53,525 nt of DNA, taken from a virus (lineage: Duplodnaviria; Caudoviricetes). The notes beneath the pieces were generated by a model. It did no database searches. It worked only from the letters and a program-made list of their open reading frames with translations, and was not told the origin of the DNA. Both the position numbers and the translations under genes were made by a program. Shown here piece by piece: positions 39,094 to 47,917 of this stretch. Location: positions 1 through 53,525 of IMG/VR virus record IMGVR_UViG_3300010047_000004; one strand, written 5' to 3'. Numbering within the stretch: position 1 is the stretch's first letter; each line of letters opens with the position of its first letter.

Positions 39094-39321
39094 ATGACCG
39101 ATCCGGTGCTGGTCTTTCATCGTCCCGCCGGTCGCGGCTGCGAGGAGTGGCTGCATCTGCGCAAGGACGGCCTATTCCATTACCACTGGCATGGTCCGGC
39201 GTGCTGGCGCGGGCGCCGACCGCTGGTCGAATACTCGATGACGCCCGAAGCCGCGCTGGAAAAATTCCCCGATGATGCGGAGAAGATCCGCGCCGCTGTC
39301 GCTCATCAGGAGGTCGCGTGA
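39094..39321 (+). CDS. Hypothetical protein
   Basis: ORF overlapping the methyltransferase start (GTGA). Confidence 0.6.
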   Translation: MTDPVLVFHRPAGRGCEEWLHLRKDGLFHYHWHGPACWRGRRPLVEYSMTPEAALEKFPDDAEKIRAAVAHQEVA

Positions 39322-40589
39322 ATGGCCTCTCCCTCTGCGCCGGAGTCGGCATGCTTGACCTCGCCGTCGAGTCCGTCTTCCCCTCCTACCGATGCATCGC
39401 CGGAATCGAGAACAACGCGCAAGCGGCACGCCGGTTCCGGCGCCGTTTCCCGGCTGCAAAAGTCTTCCGCGATGTCGTGGGATTCGATGCACGACCCCTC
39501 GACGGACTCGTGGATTGCGTTACTGCGGGCTGGCCGTGCCAGCCGCATTCCTGCGCGGGTAACCGCCGCGGCGCGGGCGACGAACGATGGATCTGGACCG
39601 ACATCGCCAGGATCATCGACGAGTGCGGAGCCGCCGTCTTCTGCGGAGAAAACGTCTACGGCATCCTGCGCGACACCGATTGCCCAACTGAGCGATTCGC
39701 AGACCTGGATGACGCCGCAACTCACCCTATTGGGGGAATGGGAATCGTTCTGCGGGATTTGGCCGCGCTGGGGTTTGTCGTCACGTGGGGAAGTCTTCCA
39801 GCTTCCAGCGTGGGCGCCAGCCATCAACGCTGGCGAACTTTCTTCCTGGCCTACCGCGACGTCGAAGGACGCGAGATCCTCCGCGAGGCGTTCCACCATG
39901 ACCGGCGTGATGCACGACGGCACGACGCTGAACGATGCGATCCGCCAGTGGCAGACGCCGGACGCGGGCTTCTCGCAATCGGGGCACGGCCAGCGTGGGG
40001 GCTCGAGATCGAACGGCTCGCAGAGCGGTCGCGACCTGAAGGCCCAGGCGCAACGCTGGCGCACGCCGGACGCTGGGGACAGCGGGAACTACATCGACCC
40101 GGTGACCGTGCAGACGGGACTGGACTCGCGGGGAATGGAGCGCACGGTGGACCTGTCGAATCAGGCGGAATACTGGCAGACGCCGCGCACGCCCCAGGGC
40201 GGCAACAAGCTGGACCCGGCGACGGTCGCACGCAAGGGAATGGACGAGCAGGGCGTGAAGCGCACGGTGGATCTCAGCAACCAGACGGAATGCTTCCGCT
40301 CTTCGCCCCAGGTCCTAACGATCCTTCCTGGGCTGACGTTCTGCGAACGAGTCCGCATCTATCGCCAGCTTTGTCGGCAATTGAAGCGGCGTTTGCCGTC
40401 GCCCTACAACAAGGCGAGATCGATGTTCAAGCGGAGATTGAATCCGAATTTCGTGGACTGGCTGATGGGTGCGCCCATTGGCTGGTCGGACGCCGACCAC
40501 GCCTTCAATGCGACGGAAATGGAGTCGTACCTCTCCAGGCTGCGGTCGCATATTCGGTGCTTGCTAGGAGGTTGAGTGACCTGTCCTGA
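39318..40589 (+). CDS. DNA (cytosine-5)-methyltransferase, catalytic polypeptide
   Basis: Motif I LSLCAGVG, IV AGWPCQPHS, VI ENV, VIII VGASHQRWR, X RLQCDGNGVVP. Confidence 0.9.
   Translation: MNGLSLCAGVGMLDLAVESVFPSYRCIAGIENNAQAARRFRRRFPAAKVFRDVVGFDARPLDGLVDCVTAGWPCQPHSCAGNRRGAGDERWIWTDIARIIDECGAAVFCGENVYGILRDTDCPTERFADLDDAATHPIGGMGIVLRDLAALGFVVTWGSLPASSVGASHQRWRTFFLAYRDVEGREILREAFHHDRRDARRHDAERCDPPVADAGRGLLAIGARPAWGLEIERLAERSRPEGPGATLAHAGRWGQRELHRPGDRADGTGLAGNGAHGGPVESGGILADAAHAPGRQQAGPGDGRTQGNGRAGREAHGGSQQPDGMLPLFAPGPNDPSWADVLRTSPHLSPALSAIEAAFAVALQQGEIDVQAEIESEFRGLADGCAHWLVGRRPRLQCDGNGVVPLQAAVAYSVLARRLSDLS
39709..40575 (+). CDS. Overlapping-frame C5-methyltransferase second polypeptide (TRD repeats and motif IX)
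   Basis: Four W(P/Q/R)T(P/A) repeats and RRLNPNFVDWLMGAPIGW in the +1 frame; start uncertain (frame open from 39322). Confidence 0.75.
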   Translation: MTPQLTLLGEWESFCGIWPRWGLSSRGEVFQLPAWAPAINAGELSSWPTATSKDARSSARRSTMTGVMHDGTTLNDAIRQWQTPDAGFSQSGHGQRGGSRSNGSQSGRDLKAQAQRWRTPDAGDSGNYIDPVTVQTGLDSRGMERTVDLSNQAEYWQTPRTPQGGNKLDPATVARKGMDEQGVKRTVDLSNQTECFRSSPQVLTILPGLTFCERVRIYRQLCRQLKRRLPSPYNKARSMFKRRLNPNFVDWLMGAPIGWSDADHAFNATEMESYLSRLRSHIRCLLGG

Positions 40590-40911
40590 TTGCCACAACC
40601 CGCTTCCCGATCTCGCGCTGGTCTGCCCCGCGTGCTTGCTGAAGCGCAACGAGAGCGCCGTATACGAGCAGCAATTGGTCTTCCTCGTTTCGGTCGTAAA
40701 GGGCCGGTATTCGCTCAAGACCGCTGTCATCGGGCGCGTGCGGCATATCTGGATGTTCGGTGAGCGCGTGACCAGGACGTGGTGCGGCGACGACATCACT
40801 CGCGCCCACAAGCGCGGCGTGCTCGCCTGGGACGAACTGGAGAAGCACGACGTCTGCACCAAGTGCCGGATCGAAGTCCGGCGTGCAGCCCAGGAGGCCG
40901 TGGCGGCGTGA
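40576..40911 (+). CDS. Cys-rich zinc-binding hypothetical protein
   Basis: CPDC...CPAC...CTKC; AGGAGG RBS. Confidence 0.65.
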   Translation: MTCPDCHNPLPDLALVCPACLLKRNESAVYEQQLVFLVSVVKGRYSLKTAVIGRVRHIWMFGERVTRTWCGDDITRAHKRGVLAWDELEKHDVCTKCRIEVRRAAQEAVAA

Positions 40912-41129
40912 CCCCGGCTTCTCAATTCCGGCTCCGCTGGCATCGCACCGCGCCGCCTGAGATCTTCCACGGGCGGATCGAGATCGACAGCGTCACCGGC
41001 TGGAACATCCTGGGCGTGATCTCGTGCGGCAAGCCGGAATGGGTTTCGCTGGTCAGTCTGCTCATGCGGGCCGGAGTCCACGTGTACTTCGACCCCGAGG
41101 CGCAAGCCAGCGCCGGAGCGAACGTATGA
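40908..41129 (+). CDS. Hypothetical protein
   Basis: GTGA overlap, AGGAGG RBS. Confidence 0.55.
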   Translation: MTPASQFRLRWHRTAPPEIFHGRIEIDSVTGWNILGVISCGKPEWVSLVSLLMRAGVHVYFDPEAQASAGANV

Positions 41130-41509
41130 GAGATCAGTTCGGCAGGACGAAGGAGGCGCGTCAGCGATTCGCGCTACGTCCACCGAAGATCAAGCTTTCG
41201 GAAAACGACGTCGAGAAAGCTTGCTGCGACATTCTCCGGCTGAAGGGCTACATGCCGGTGCGCCAGCACGTGGGCTTGTTCAAGACGCCGAACAATTGCT
41301 TCATCCGCATGGGCGTCCCAGGCGATCCCGATTGGGTCGCAGTGAAGCATCCCAGCTTTCTCTTGGAGGTCAAACGCCCAGGCGGCGCGATCTCCGAAGT
41401 ACAACTCCGGCGGCACGCCGAACTGCGCTTATACGGGCTTGAAGTTGTGGTAGTGGAATCGGTCGAAGAGTTACTGGAGTGCCTCAGTCGATTTGAACAT
41501 TCTCCCTAA
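41126..41509 (+). CDS. VRR-NUC domain nuclease (putative Holliday junction resolvase)
   Basis: SENDVE, GVPGDPD, LEVKRPGG.ISEVQ, VVVVESVEE. Confidence 0.88.
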   Translation: MRDQFGRTKEARQRFALRPPKIKLSENDVEKACCDILRLKGYMPVRQHVGLFKTPNNCFIRMGVPGDPDWVAVKHPSFLLEVKRPGGAISEVQLRRHAELRLYGLEVVVVESVEELLECLSRFEHSP

Positions 41510-41512
41510 CAG

Positions 41513-41541
41513 AAAAAAGCGGCTGACCGTCGTCAGCCGCT
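41513..41541 (-). terminator. Minus-strand terminator-like hairpin
   Basis: A run followed by AGCGGCTGAC-CGTC-GTCAGCCGCT. Confidence 0.55.
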
Positions 41542-41645
41542 CTACCTGCTGAATCCCACCTGAACGGCCCGTCATAACCGCTCAGGTTTAGAGCGCCGCC
41601 CAATATTTTTGGGAGACACCGAACGGCGCCCATAGGAGACGTCCT

Positions 41646-42584
41646 ATGACAAACGCATCCGCTAATAATCATCGCACAGAACCATTCATTTGTGTCCCCC
41701 AGTCCCTCATCCTGCGCAAGGATGTATCGCCGGTTGCGCTAAAAGTGCTCCTGGTCCTTTATTCGTTCTGTAACAGGCAGACCGGCAAGTGCAACCCGAA
41801 GCGGGCGACTCTGGCGGCGCGTCTGGGTTTCAGCCTGAGCACACTGGATCGCGGCATGGCCCAACTGCGCGACCTGGGCGTGGTGCGTTGCGGCTGGAAT
41901 ACCGGGCGCGGATGCTCCTACGAATTCCCCACTCCCGGCGAGTGGAAAGCGGCGCCCAGACCCGTCAAACCTGACGAACCAGCTTCGTCACGGGTGACAA
42001 ACCAGCTTCGTCACCAGCGACAAAGCCAAGCCCCGCTATCTATATATGAACCAGATGTTTTTGAACCAGAGGTTCTTAGCCGTGCCGCCGCCACTACTGG
42101 AGAAAGTAGGGAAACGGCGGCGGCGGCGGCGGCGAAAGATGCTGCGCATAACACAAAACACCCGGAGGGGGTGGAACCGGCCTCCGTTCCGGCTCGCCCA
42201 GCTTCAACCCAGGTTGAGAAATTAACAACCCCGGTTGAACCCCAGGCTCGCCCGGTGAGCCAGGGGTCGTGCTCCGAAGCCGAAGCCCTGGCCTGGGAAC
42301 TCCTGGCTGAACATCCGCAACCTGGGCTACCCCTGAAGGCCGTCGCGGAGATCGAGAAGGTTTTGCGGCGCGACCCGGCGGCGGCGGAAGTCATTCGGGC
42401 GCACCACCCGGCGTGGTGCGAGTACTGGGCGAGTTTACCGGCGGAAAAGTTTGTGCCCATGCTGTGGCGCTGGATAGCCGAAGGCGAATGGCGCATCGAG
42501 CCGGTGGTGCGCAAGCCGATGCTCGTGGCCGGGAGGATTATCGATGGCCGTAAGATCCGTTTTGTTGAACCGCTACGCCGATGA
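41646..42584 (+). CDS. Replication initiator with N-terminal wHTH
   Basis: ALKVLLVLYSFCN..TGKCNPKRATLAARLGFSLSTLDRGMAQLRDLGVV; internal iteron-like repeats; C-terminal FVPMLWRWIAEGEW. Confidence 0.75.
   Translation: MTNASANNHRTEPFICVPQSLILRKDVSPVALKVLLVLYSFCNRQTGKCNPKRATLAARLGFSLSTLDRGMAQLRDLGVVRCGWNTGRGCSYEFPTPGEWKAAPRPVKPDEPASSRVTNQLRHQRQSQAPLSIYEPDVFEPEVLSRAAATTGESRETAAAAAAKDAAHNTKHPEGVEPASVPARPASTQVEKLTTPVEPQARPVSQGSCSEAEALAWELLAEHPQPGLPLKAVAEIEKVLRRDPAAAEVIRAHHPAWCEYWASLPAEKFVPMLWRWIAEGEWRIEPVVRKPMLVAGRIIDGRKIRFVEPLRR
41972..42070. repeat. Putative replication origin: two 20-bp iterons plus AT-rich tract
   Basis: TGAC(G/A)AACCAGCTTCGTCAC at 41972 and 41995, then TATCTATATAT and two TGAACCAGA. 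Confidence 0.65.
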
Positions 42585-42798
42585 TGAGGAGTATCTGGCG
42601 TGGTTCTATCCGCCCGACGCCAAGGTCACCGAGGAACAGTGGGCCGAGATCGTGCGTCAGGATGCGCTGCACATGAGCGGCACACTGGCGCCGACGGAGC
42701 ACGTGCCCATGCTGGAGTTCGGCAGGTTCTGTGGCAAGCCAATGGAACGCGACGTCTGCTCCTGCGGCTGGAAGGACGAGTGGCGGCGATGCGAATGA
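42544..42798 (+). CDS. Hypothetical protein
   Basis: GGGAGG RBS. Confidence 0.55.
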   Translation: MAVRSVLLNRYADDEEYLAWFYPPDAKVTEEQWAEIVRQDALHMSGTLAPTEHVPMLEFGRFCGKPMERDVCSCGWKDEWRRCE

Positions 42799-42865
42799 AT
42801 GCGCCGGATCAACGATGGCGGTATGGAACGTAATACCGCATCGTCGCCCAGGCCGGATAGCATGC

Positions 42866-43132
42866 CTACGCTTGCCGCTTGGACCGTGGGTGCAGGTTGT
42901 TTTCAAACTCCTGCGCGAATTCGGGGAAGCTCACCCGCAAGACTGGCAGCAGTTGATAAATCGTATTCAGCGATGGACTATGGAGCCCCCGTTCCAGTGC
43001 TCCCATATAGCTTCGCCCTATGCCCGTTTCCAGCGCCAGCGTTTCCTGCGCCAAGCCGATCCGCTTCCTCAGACATCTCACGGTTTTGCCGAACGTTCGC
43101 TGTAGCGCTTCCGGTAATGGAGGCTTGTTCAT
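42866..43132 (-). CDS. XRE-family HTH transcriptional regulator (candidate repressor)
   Basis: FGKTVRCLRKRIGLAQETLALETGIGRSYMGALERGLHSPSL; only clear minus-strand gene; no S24 protease domain. Confidence 0.9.
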   Translation of the reverse strand: MNKPPLPEALQRTFGKTVRCLRKRIGLAQETLALETGIGRSYMGALERGLHSPSLNTIYQLLPVLRVSFPEFAQEFENNLHPRSKRQA

Positions 43133-43494
43133 TCTGTTTACAAAAATTACATGACGGGTATAAACTTAGCCACGTCGTAAAATTGCCCCAGGAATACAGT
43201 GGGTCGATGCCAGCCCTTCTGGCGCGGTGCGGATGGCCGGAGGGGTATTCGGCCTTTACAGCGGGTCCTTGCCCCGCTTCGGCGGCTGGCGACCGGCGGC
43301 GGGCGTCCTATGTTGCGTAGATCTTTCGATAGGTGTCCGGGGTGCGACACATTAGTGCTCGCAGAGTGCGGTATGTTTGTCACAAATTTGTTAAGAATTT
43401 GTTTGTGTCTGAAATACACCGGAGATATAATTCCGGGCAAAGTTTGCGCCCGCAAAAAAACAGGGATTTTAATTTGTTGGAGGGAGAAGAGGCA

Positions 43495-44013
43495 TTGAGG
43501 ACAAGGGAATCAGAAACCACGACGTTCACCGAATCAGAATATGAAGCCCTCATGGAAGGGCTGGAGGAGGGCATAAAGTTTCATCAGAGAAGGATCGACG
43601 CATTCCAGCGTCAGATTGATGCGCTGAAGGCTTTGTCGCCTAACGCCCAACCAATTGTCGTCCGCGAGATCCTGCCGGTCGTTAGGGAGGCGACCGAACG
43701 CAGGAGACGGCGCGGCATCCCCAACTTGCGCACCGGCTGGCCTGACGACCCGGAAGAGCGCAAGAAGGAGATGGCGAGGCGCGTGGCGAAGCGCAAGCCG
43801 AAGCCCACGCCGGTCGTGAAGGTGTCCAAGCTCGCGCCGACCGACATGCGGCACCCCGATAATCCGGGCTATCAGAAGTGGCGCCGCAAGATCAAACGCG
43901 CACGCCGACAGGCGTGGGCGCACATGACGGCTCGCGAGCAGAAGAAGCAACTGGCGGCGATGGTGGCGGGTCGCGGCTCTAAAAAAAACGGCCATCTGGG
44001 GGCTGAAGTATGA
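43495..44013 (+). CDS. Basic protein with N-terminal coiled coil, possible DNA-binding
   Basis: TTG start after GGGAGAAGAGG; Arg/Lys-rich; divergent from XRE gene. Confidence 0.6.
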   Translation: MRTRESETTTFTESEYEALMEGLEEGIKFHQRRIDAFQRQIDALKALSPNAQPIVVREILPVVREATERRRRRGIPNLRTGWPDDPEERKKEMARRVAKRKPKPTPVVKVSKLAPTDMRHPDNPGYQKWRRKIKRARRQAWAHMTAREQKKQLAAMVAGRGSKKNGHLGAEV

Positions 44014-44348
44014 AGGCGCCGGTTAAGACCATCCGCAAGATCGTCCGCACCTTTCTGATCGTGGTCTGGAAAATTCAGCGCAATCTGGAATGGATCAGCA
44101 TCCGCGCATCCTTCGGGAGTTCATTGGACCGCGACCGGAACACGCTTGACGTTCAGGTCGAATATGGTTTCACCAAGGACGACAAACAGGTGATGCACTT
44201 CGGCCTTCCCCTCGACGTCAAGAACCACGCCAATCATGAAGCAATGCACGAGGTCCAGTCCATGATGCTGGAGGCGTATGCGGCGGCTTTAGTCGGCGCG
44301 AAGACACGCCGGGTTTACGTGGACGTCACGCGAGGACCGAAGAAATGA
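44010..44348 (+). CDS. Hypothetical protein
   Basis: ATGA overlaps at both ends. Confidence 0.6.
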   Translation: MKAPVKTIRKIVRTFLIVVWKIQRNLEWISIRASFGSSLDRDRNTLDVQVEYGFTKDDKQVMHFGLPLDVKNHANHEAMHEVQSMMLEAYAAALVGAKTRRVYVDVTRGPKK

Positions 44349-44650
44349 TCCAACTCTCCAACCGTGGCTACCCCATGCTCCGCGCATTCGCGGAGTCCGG
44401 CTCCGGCTACTACATGACCATCAGCGAAGCGGGGAAATACGATCAACGGCCTTTCCGCTCGATGCTCATCAGGAAGTGGATCTCATACCGACCGGGGCGC
44501 GGCTTTCATCTCACGCGCCAGGGCGCCGATGCGTGGCGCGAGTTCCAGTCAACGGAGATCTGGCGCAAGCATCCTGAGGCGCCCATGACGAGCTTGTTCG
44601 ACCCCACGGCCTACGGTCGGCGCCGCACTCTGCGGTCGCACGCCGCCTAG
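44345..44650 (+). CDS. Hypothetical protein, possible winged helix
   Basis: SMLIRKWI...FHLTRQG pattern. Confidence 0.6.
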   Translation: MIQLSNRGYPMLRAFAESGSGYYMTISEAGKYDQRPFRSMLIRKWISYRPGRGFHLTRQGADAWREFQSTEIWRKHPEAPMTSLFDPTAYGRRRTLRSHAA

Positions 44651-44730
44651 CAAACAGGGGCCGACAAGGTTCGGGGCTGAAGGTTGCAAGACTTCTCACC
44701 CCGGCTGCATTCGGCCCCCGGTTTTCTACC

Positions 44731-45048
44731 ATGATGACAGAGGCTCGAGATTTCAGAATGAGTGATCCGAATATGATACTCGTGTGCGCCAGGGCCGATG
44801 CGGACTGGACGACTCGCGGCTCAAGCTTCGACCGCACCTGCGCCAAGTGCGGCTGGCATGTGATGGTGGCGGTGTCCAGCCAGCGCTTCCTCAAGAAACG
44901 ACCGGAGACTCCGATTCTCTGCGAGCAGTGCTGGCTCGCCCTGGGCGGCTTGGGGCCGGAAGACGAGGTGAGGTTGCCGGACAAGCCGGAGGCCGTCGCG
45001 GAGGAGATACGCGGGGCAGTGCCCAACAACTGGAGCAAGCGCAACTGA
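44731..45048 (+). CDS. Zinc-binding hypothetical protein
   Basis: CAKC...CEQC; start may be 44758. Confidence 0.6.
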   Translation: MMTEARDFRMSDPNMILVCARADADWTTRGSSFDRTCAKCGWHVMVAVSSQRFLKKRPETPILCEQCWLALGGLGPEDEVRLPDKPEAVAEEIRGAVPNNWSKRN

Positions 45049-45983
45049 TGGCCCGCTTCCTCGATGACCTCCGCCGCGGCGCGGTGCGCCCTCCTTGGTT
45101 CGTCGCGCCGTCCAAGTACGACGCCTGGGAGAAGCACGCCGTGAAGGTTCTCGACATTCTCCAGAACGAGATGCCGTGTCTCCACATTCCGAACGTCGCG
45201 GAATACTTTTACCAGAGCGACCAGGAATATTGGGACCTGAAGGAAGACTTCCCCAACCTCGCGCCGCCCTGGCCGCAGTTCTGGAGCGAACATCCACTCC
45301 CCAATCACATTTACTCCAAGGAAAAAGGGCTCACCGATCTCAGCGACAAATGGGGCGGCGGGCGCCTGGGCGTGCTGACGACGTCGCTCGATCCGGCGAA
45401 GGAGATCGTCGCGGACAAGAAGCCGCCGGAGGAGTGCAAATGGCTTCTGTGGTTTGAAGTGTTCATCGACTACCGTGTGCGCAAGGACGTCGTCGCGGAT
45501 GGCCCGCACGGCTCGATCTTTCTCATGCTCGATAAGGACGGCGTCATCATCGAGCGACCCTGGATGCAGACCTACTCGCCCAGCGGCGAGCCCTACGACA
45601 GCGTGATGCGCGACCTGATGACGTTCGTCAAGCCGACATGCTTGGCAATGTGCTTCATGCATTGCCGCAACGTGCGCGTGGTGGATAACAAGATCGACCC
45701 GAAGCTGGTGAAGCGGCATCGCGAGCGGCATGAAGGCCAGACGCCGACCGGCTTCAAGACGCTCATCATCGATCCGCTCAAAGAAATTCTGCGGAAGGAA
45801 GGCAACGCCGACAAAGTTGGACTCGCGAAAGCGATGCACATTTGCCGTGGGCACTTCCGCGACTATCGCGAGGGCAAGGGCTTGTTCGGGAAATACCACG
45901 CCATGGTCTGGACGCCGATGACCGTGCGCGGCAGCAAGAAGCGGAAGATCGTGCGCGATATCGACGTCGAGGTGAAGATATGA
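45048..45983 (+). CDS. Hypothetical protein (311 aa)
   Basis: TGATG overlap; C-terminal HICRGHFRDY..GKGLFGK...W motif. Confidence 0.75.
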   Translation: MARFLDDLRRGAVRPPWFVAPSKYDAWEKHAVKVLDILQNEMPCLHIPNVAEYFYQSDQEYWDLKEDFPNLAPPWPQFWSEHPLPNHIYSKEKGLTDLSDKWGGGRLGVLTTSLDPAKEIVADKKPPEECKWLLWFEVFIDYRVRKDVVADGPHGSIFLMLDKDGVIIERPWMQTYSPSGEPYDSVMRDLMTFVKPTCLAMCFMHCRNVRVVDNKIDPKLVKRHRERHEGQTPTGFKTLIIDPLKEILRKEGNADKVGLAKAMHICRGHFRDYREGKGLFGKYHAMVWTPMTVRGSKKRKIVRDIDVEVKI

Positions 45984-46132
45984 AGCGCGAGGTCTATAAC
46001 GAAATCGAGTTTCTGCGCGAGCAAGTAAGGTTCCTGCGGCGCACGATAACCGCGCTACAGCGGCAGGTTGACGTATGCGAGACGCGCATTGACGATCTGC
46101 GGCGCGAGCGGGATAAAGAGGTCGAGGCGTGA
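45980..46132 (+). CDS. Small coiled-coil protein
   Basis: GAGGT RBS; heptad pattern. Confidence 0.6.
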   Translation: MKREVYNEIEFLREQVRFLRRTITALQRQVDVCETRIDDLRRERDKEVEA

Positions 46133-46467
46133 GACGGCGCGGCATCAAGAATTATGTGCTCGCCGCCGACGGCAAGACGCCGATTGAAGAGCCGGACACT
46201 CTGAAGTGGGCATGGTGGTTTGAACATGCGGATCGCGTCGTGCGCCAGGATCGCGTGGGCGACTACACGATCTCGACAGTGTTCCTGGGAATCGATCACA
46301 ACTGGTGGGGCGGCAAGCCGATCTTGTGGGAGACGATGACCTTCGGCGGCTGCGGCATCAGTCTCGCGAGCGAGGACATTATGCAGCGGCGCTATCGAAG
46401 CTACGAGGATGCGCTCGCCGGTCACATGAAGGTTCTGGAGGGCGTGAAGATGGCGGTGAAGTCATGA
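46129..46467 (+). CDS. Hypothetical phage protein
   Basis: ISTVFLGIDH...PILWETMTFGG...RY.SYEDALAGH. Confidence 0.75.
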   Translation: MRRRGIKNYVLAADGKTPIEEPDTLKWAWWFEHADRVVRQDRVGDYTISTVFLGIDHNWWGGKPILWETMTFGGCGISLASEDIMQRRYRSYEDALAGHMKVLEGVKMAVKS

Positions 46468-46649
46468 ACAACGATCTTCAGCGGCTGATCGAAAACTTTG
46501 TGCGCGATCATGCTCCACGCCCGCGACCGGCGCGGGACCTGTTCATCGATCAGTTGCGTGAACTGATGAACGCCTATGCCGATGCAGCCCTCGCGCATGG
46601 CGCACGCCCCGAGGCCGGAACGCCGCACGGAAGCGGGAGGCCGCAGTGA
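46464..46649 (+). CDS. Hypothetical protein
   Basis: ATGA overlap. Confidence 0.55.
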   Translation: MNNDLQRLIENFVRDHAPRPRPARDLFIDQLRELMNAYADAALAHGARPEAGTPHGSGRPQ

Positions 46650-46879
46650 TCTGCCTGTGGTGCGGCGAGCCGGTCGCAGAAGACGAACAAGCCGAGTGCA
46701 ACGTACCCATGCACCAGGAGTGCGCGTTCCGCTCCATCGTGGGTTCGGCGGCGCATATCGAACATCGCTGCATGTGCTACCGGAAGGGTTCCGATGAGCA
46801 CGATCCGCCAAATATGACCAAGCGGCAAGCGGCCAGGGCTGCGGTCCTGGCGTGGACGTTTTGGATGCAACGACAATGA
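46646..46879 (+). CDS. Cys/His-rich hypothetical protein
   Basis: CLWC...HQEC...CMC; GGGAGG RBS. Confidence 0.65.
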   Translation: MICLWCGEPVAEDEQAECNVPMHQECAFRSIVGSAAHIEHRCMCYRKGSDEHDPPNMTKRQAARAAVLAWTFWMQRQ

Positions 46880-47187
46880 GCGAACGATCCATCCTGCGCG
46901 TGCGCGAGCGACCGCATATCCATCCTGACCGGCGCAACGAGCAGATCTGGGAAGTCGTGCGCGACGGCGAGGTTGTGGCGCACATCTACGGCACGCGGGA
47001 CGGCGTGCAGGTCGTCAGCCCGCGCCTGGACCGCGACGGGCGCAACAAGCCTTACCTGTTTGAAGCAAGCGGCGTCTCGCCGGGTTGGGTGATCCCACTG
47101 CTCGCGCCGGATGACCCATGTCCGCTTTGCGTGGGCGGCGTTTTTCTGGGAGTATTGCCGTGTCCGATTTGCAGAGGGACGAAATGA
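46876..47187 (+). CDS. Hypothetical protein with C-terminal CxxC pair
   Basis: ATGA overlap; CPLC...CPIC. Confidence 0.6.
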   Translation: MSERSILRVRERPHIHPDRRNEQIWEVVRDGEVVAHIYGTRDGVQVVSPRLDRDGRNKPYLFEASGVSPGWVIPLLAPDDPCPLCVGGVFLGVLPCPICRGTK

Positions 47188-47351
47188 AGTACTGGCTCTC
47201 CTGCGTAAAGTTCACGATCCAGGCCGACACCGACCAGGAGGACCGCATCGTGTACGCGGCGCCCATTGCGCGGCGGTTCCTGGGGCAGTCGCTGGTGAAC
47301 CTCATCCGCTGGATGCGGACGCTGGGCGGATTTCGCATGGGGGAGTTGTGA
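47184..47351 (+). CDS. Hypothetical protein
   Basis: GAGGG RBS, ATGA overlap. Confidence 0.6.
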   Translation: MKYWLSCVKFTIQADTDQEDRIVYAAPIARRFLGQSLVNLIRWMRTLGGFRMGEL

Positions 47352-47839
47352 TCGACGACCTCCGCACCTTCCTGGGCAACATGGTCACGATCCACCGGAC
47401 TATCGCTGGCGCCGACAAGCGGCGGTTCGCTTCCATCGAGGATCTCGTGCTGCGGCACGGTCAGGAATATTCCTGGCGCCAGAATAAACATCCGCTGGAG
47501 CCGCAGCAATGTTTCGCCCGCGCTTACCGGCTTGCTACGCGCTACCCGCAGAAGTGGGTCTATGTCGAAGGGTACGCCGTTTCACCAACTCTCCCAATCG
47601 CCATCCATCACGCCTGGGTCATGCCGGTCGCCGCCCCAGGAATAGCCGTAGAACTGGCCTGGAGGCGCGGCAATGCCTCCGGCGCCTACCTGGGGGTGCC
47701 GATCAGGCCGGAATACCTACGGAGCGTCCACAGAGCCTCTGGACGCTTAAGGCTGTATAACGTGCTGGACGCCTACTGGCTGCGCCATCCCCTGCTCACC
47801 GGCAAGACGCCCATTGAGGACGTGATCTGGAGAGGGTAA
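47348..47839 (+). CDS. Possible papain/transglutaminase-like fold protein
   Basis: QCF..A...YVEGYA...IHHAWV motif with Cys and His. Confidence 0.5.
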   Translation: MIDDLRTFLGNMVTIHRTIAGADKRRFASIEDLVLRHGQEYSWRQNKHPLEPQQCFARAYRLATRYPQKWVYVEGYAVSPTLPIAIHHAWVMPVAAPGIAVELAWRRGNASGAYLGVPIRPEYLRSVHRASGRLRLYNVLDAYWLRHPLLTGKTPIEDVIWRG

Positions 47840-47917
47840 ACTGAGGATGGTTTCGGTAATTCCCTTGGCAGTCCAACCTGCCAACCACTTCTCAGTTCGA
47901 CAATATTCCACAGATCT

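Noticed and set aside
44450-44474. Minus-strand CTGATGAG...GGAAAG as a fifth hammerhead
   Set aside because: Only a 2-bp stem II, an extra base before GAAA, no stems I or III, and it lies inside a CDS
44511-46148. Long minus-strand ORFs (545 aa here; also 2322-3269, 6762-7793, 30264-31265, 37870-38775)
   Set aside because: Shadow frames of GC-rich plus-strand genes that have RBSs and coupled starts; no recognisable motifs
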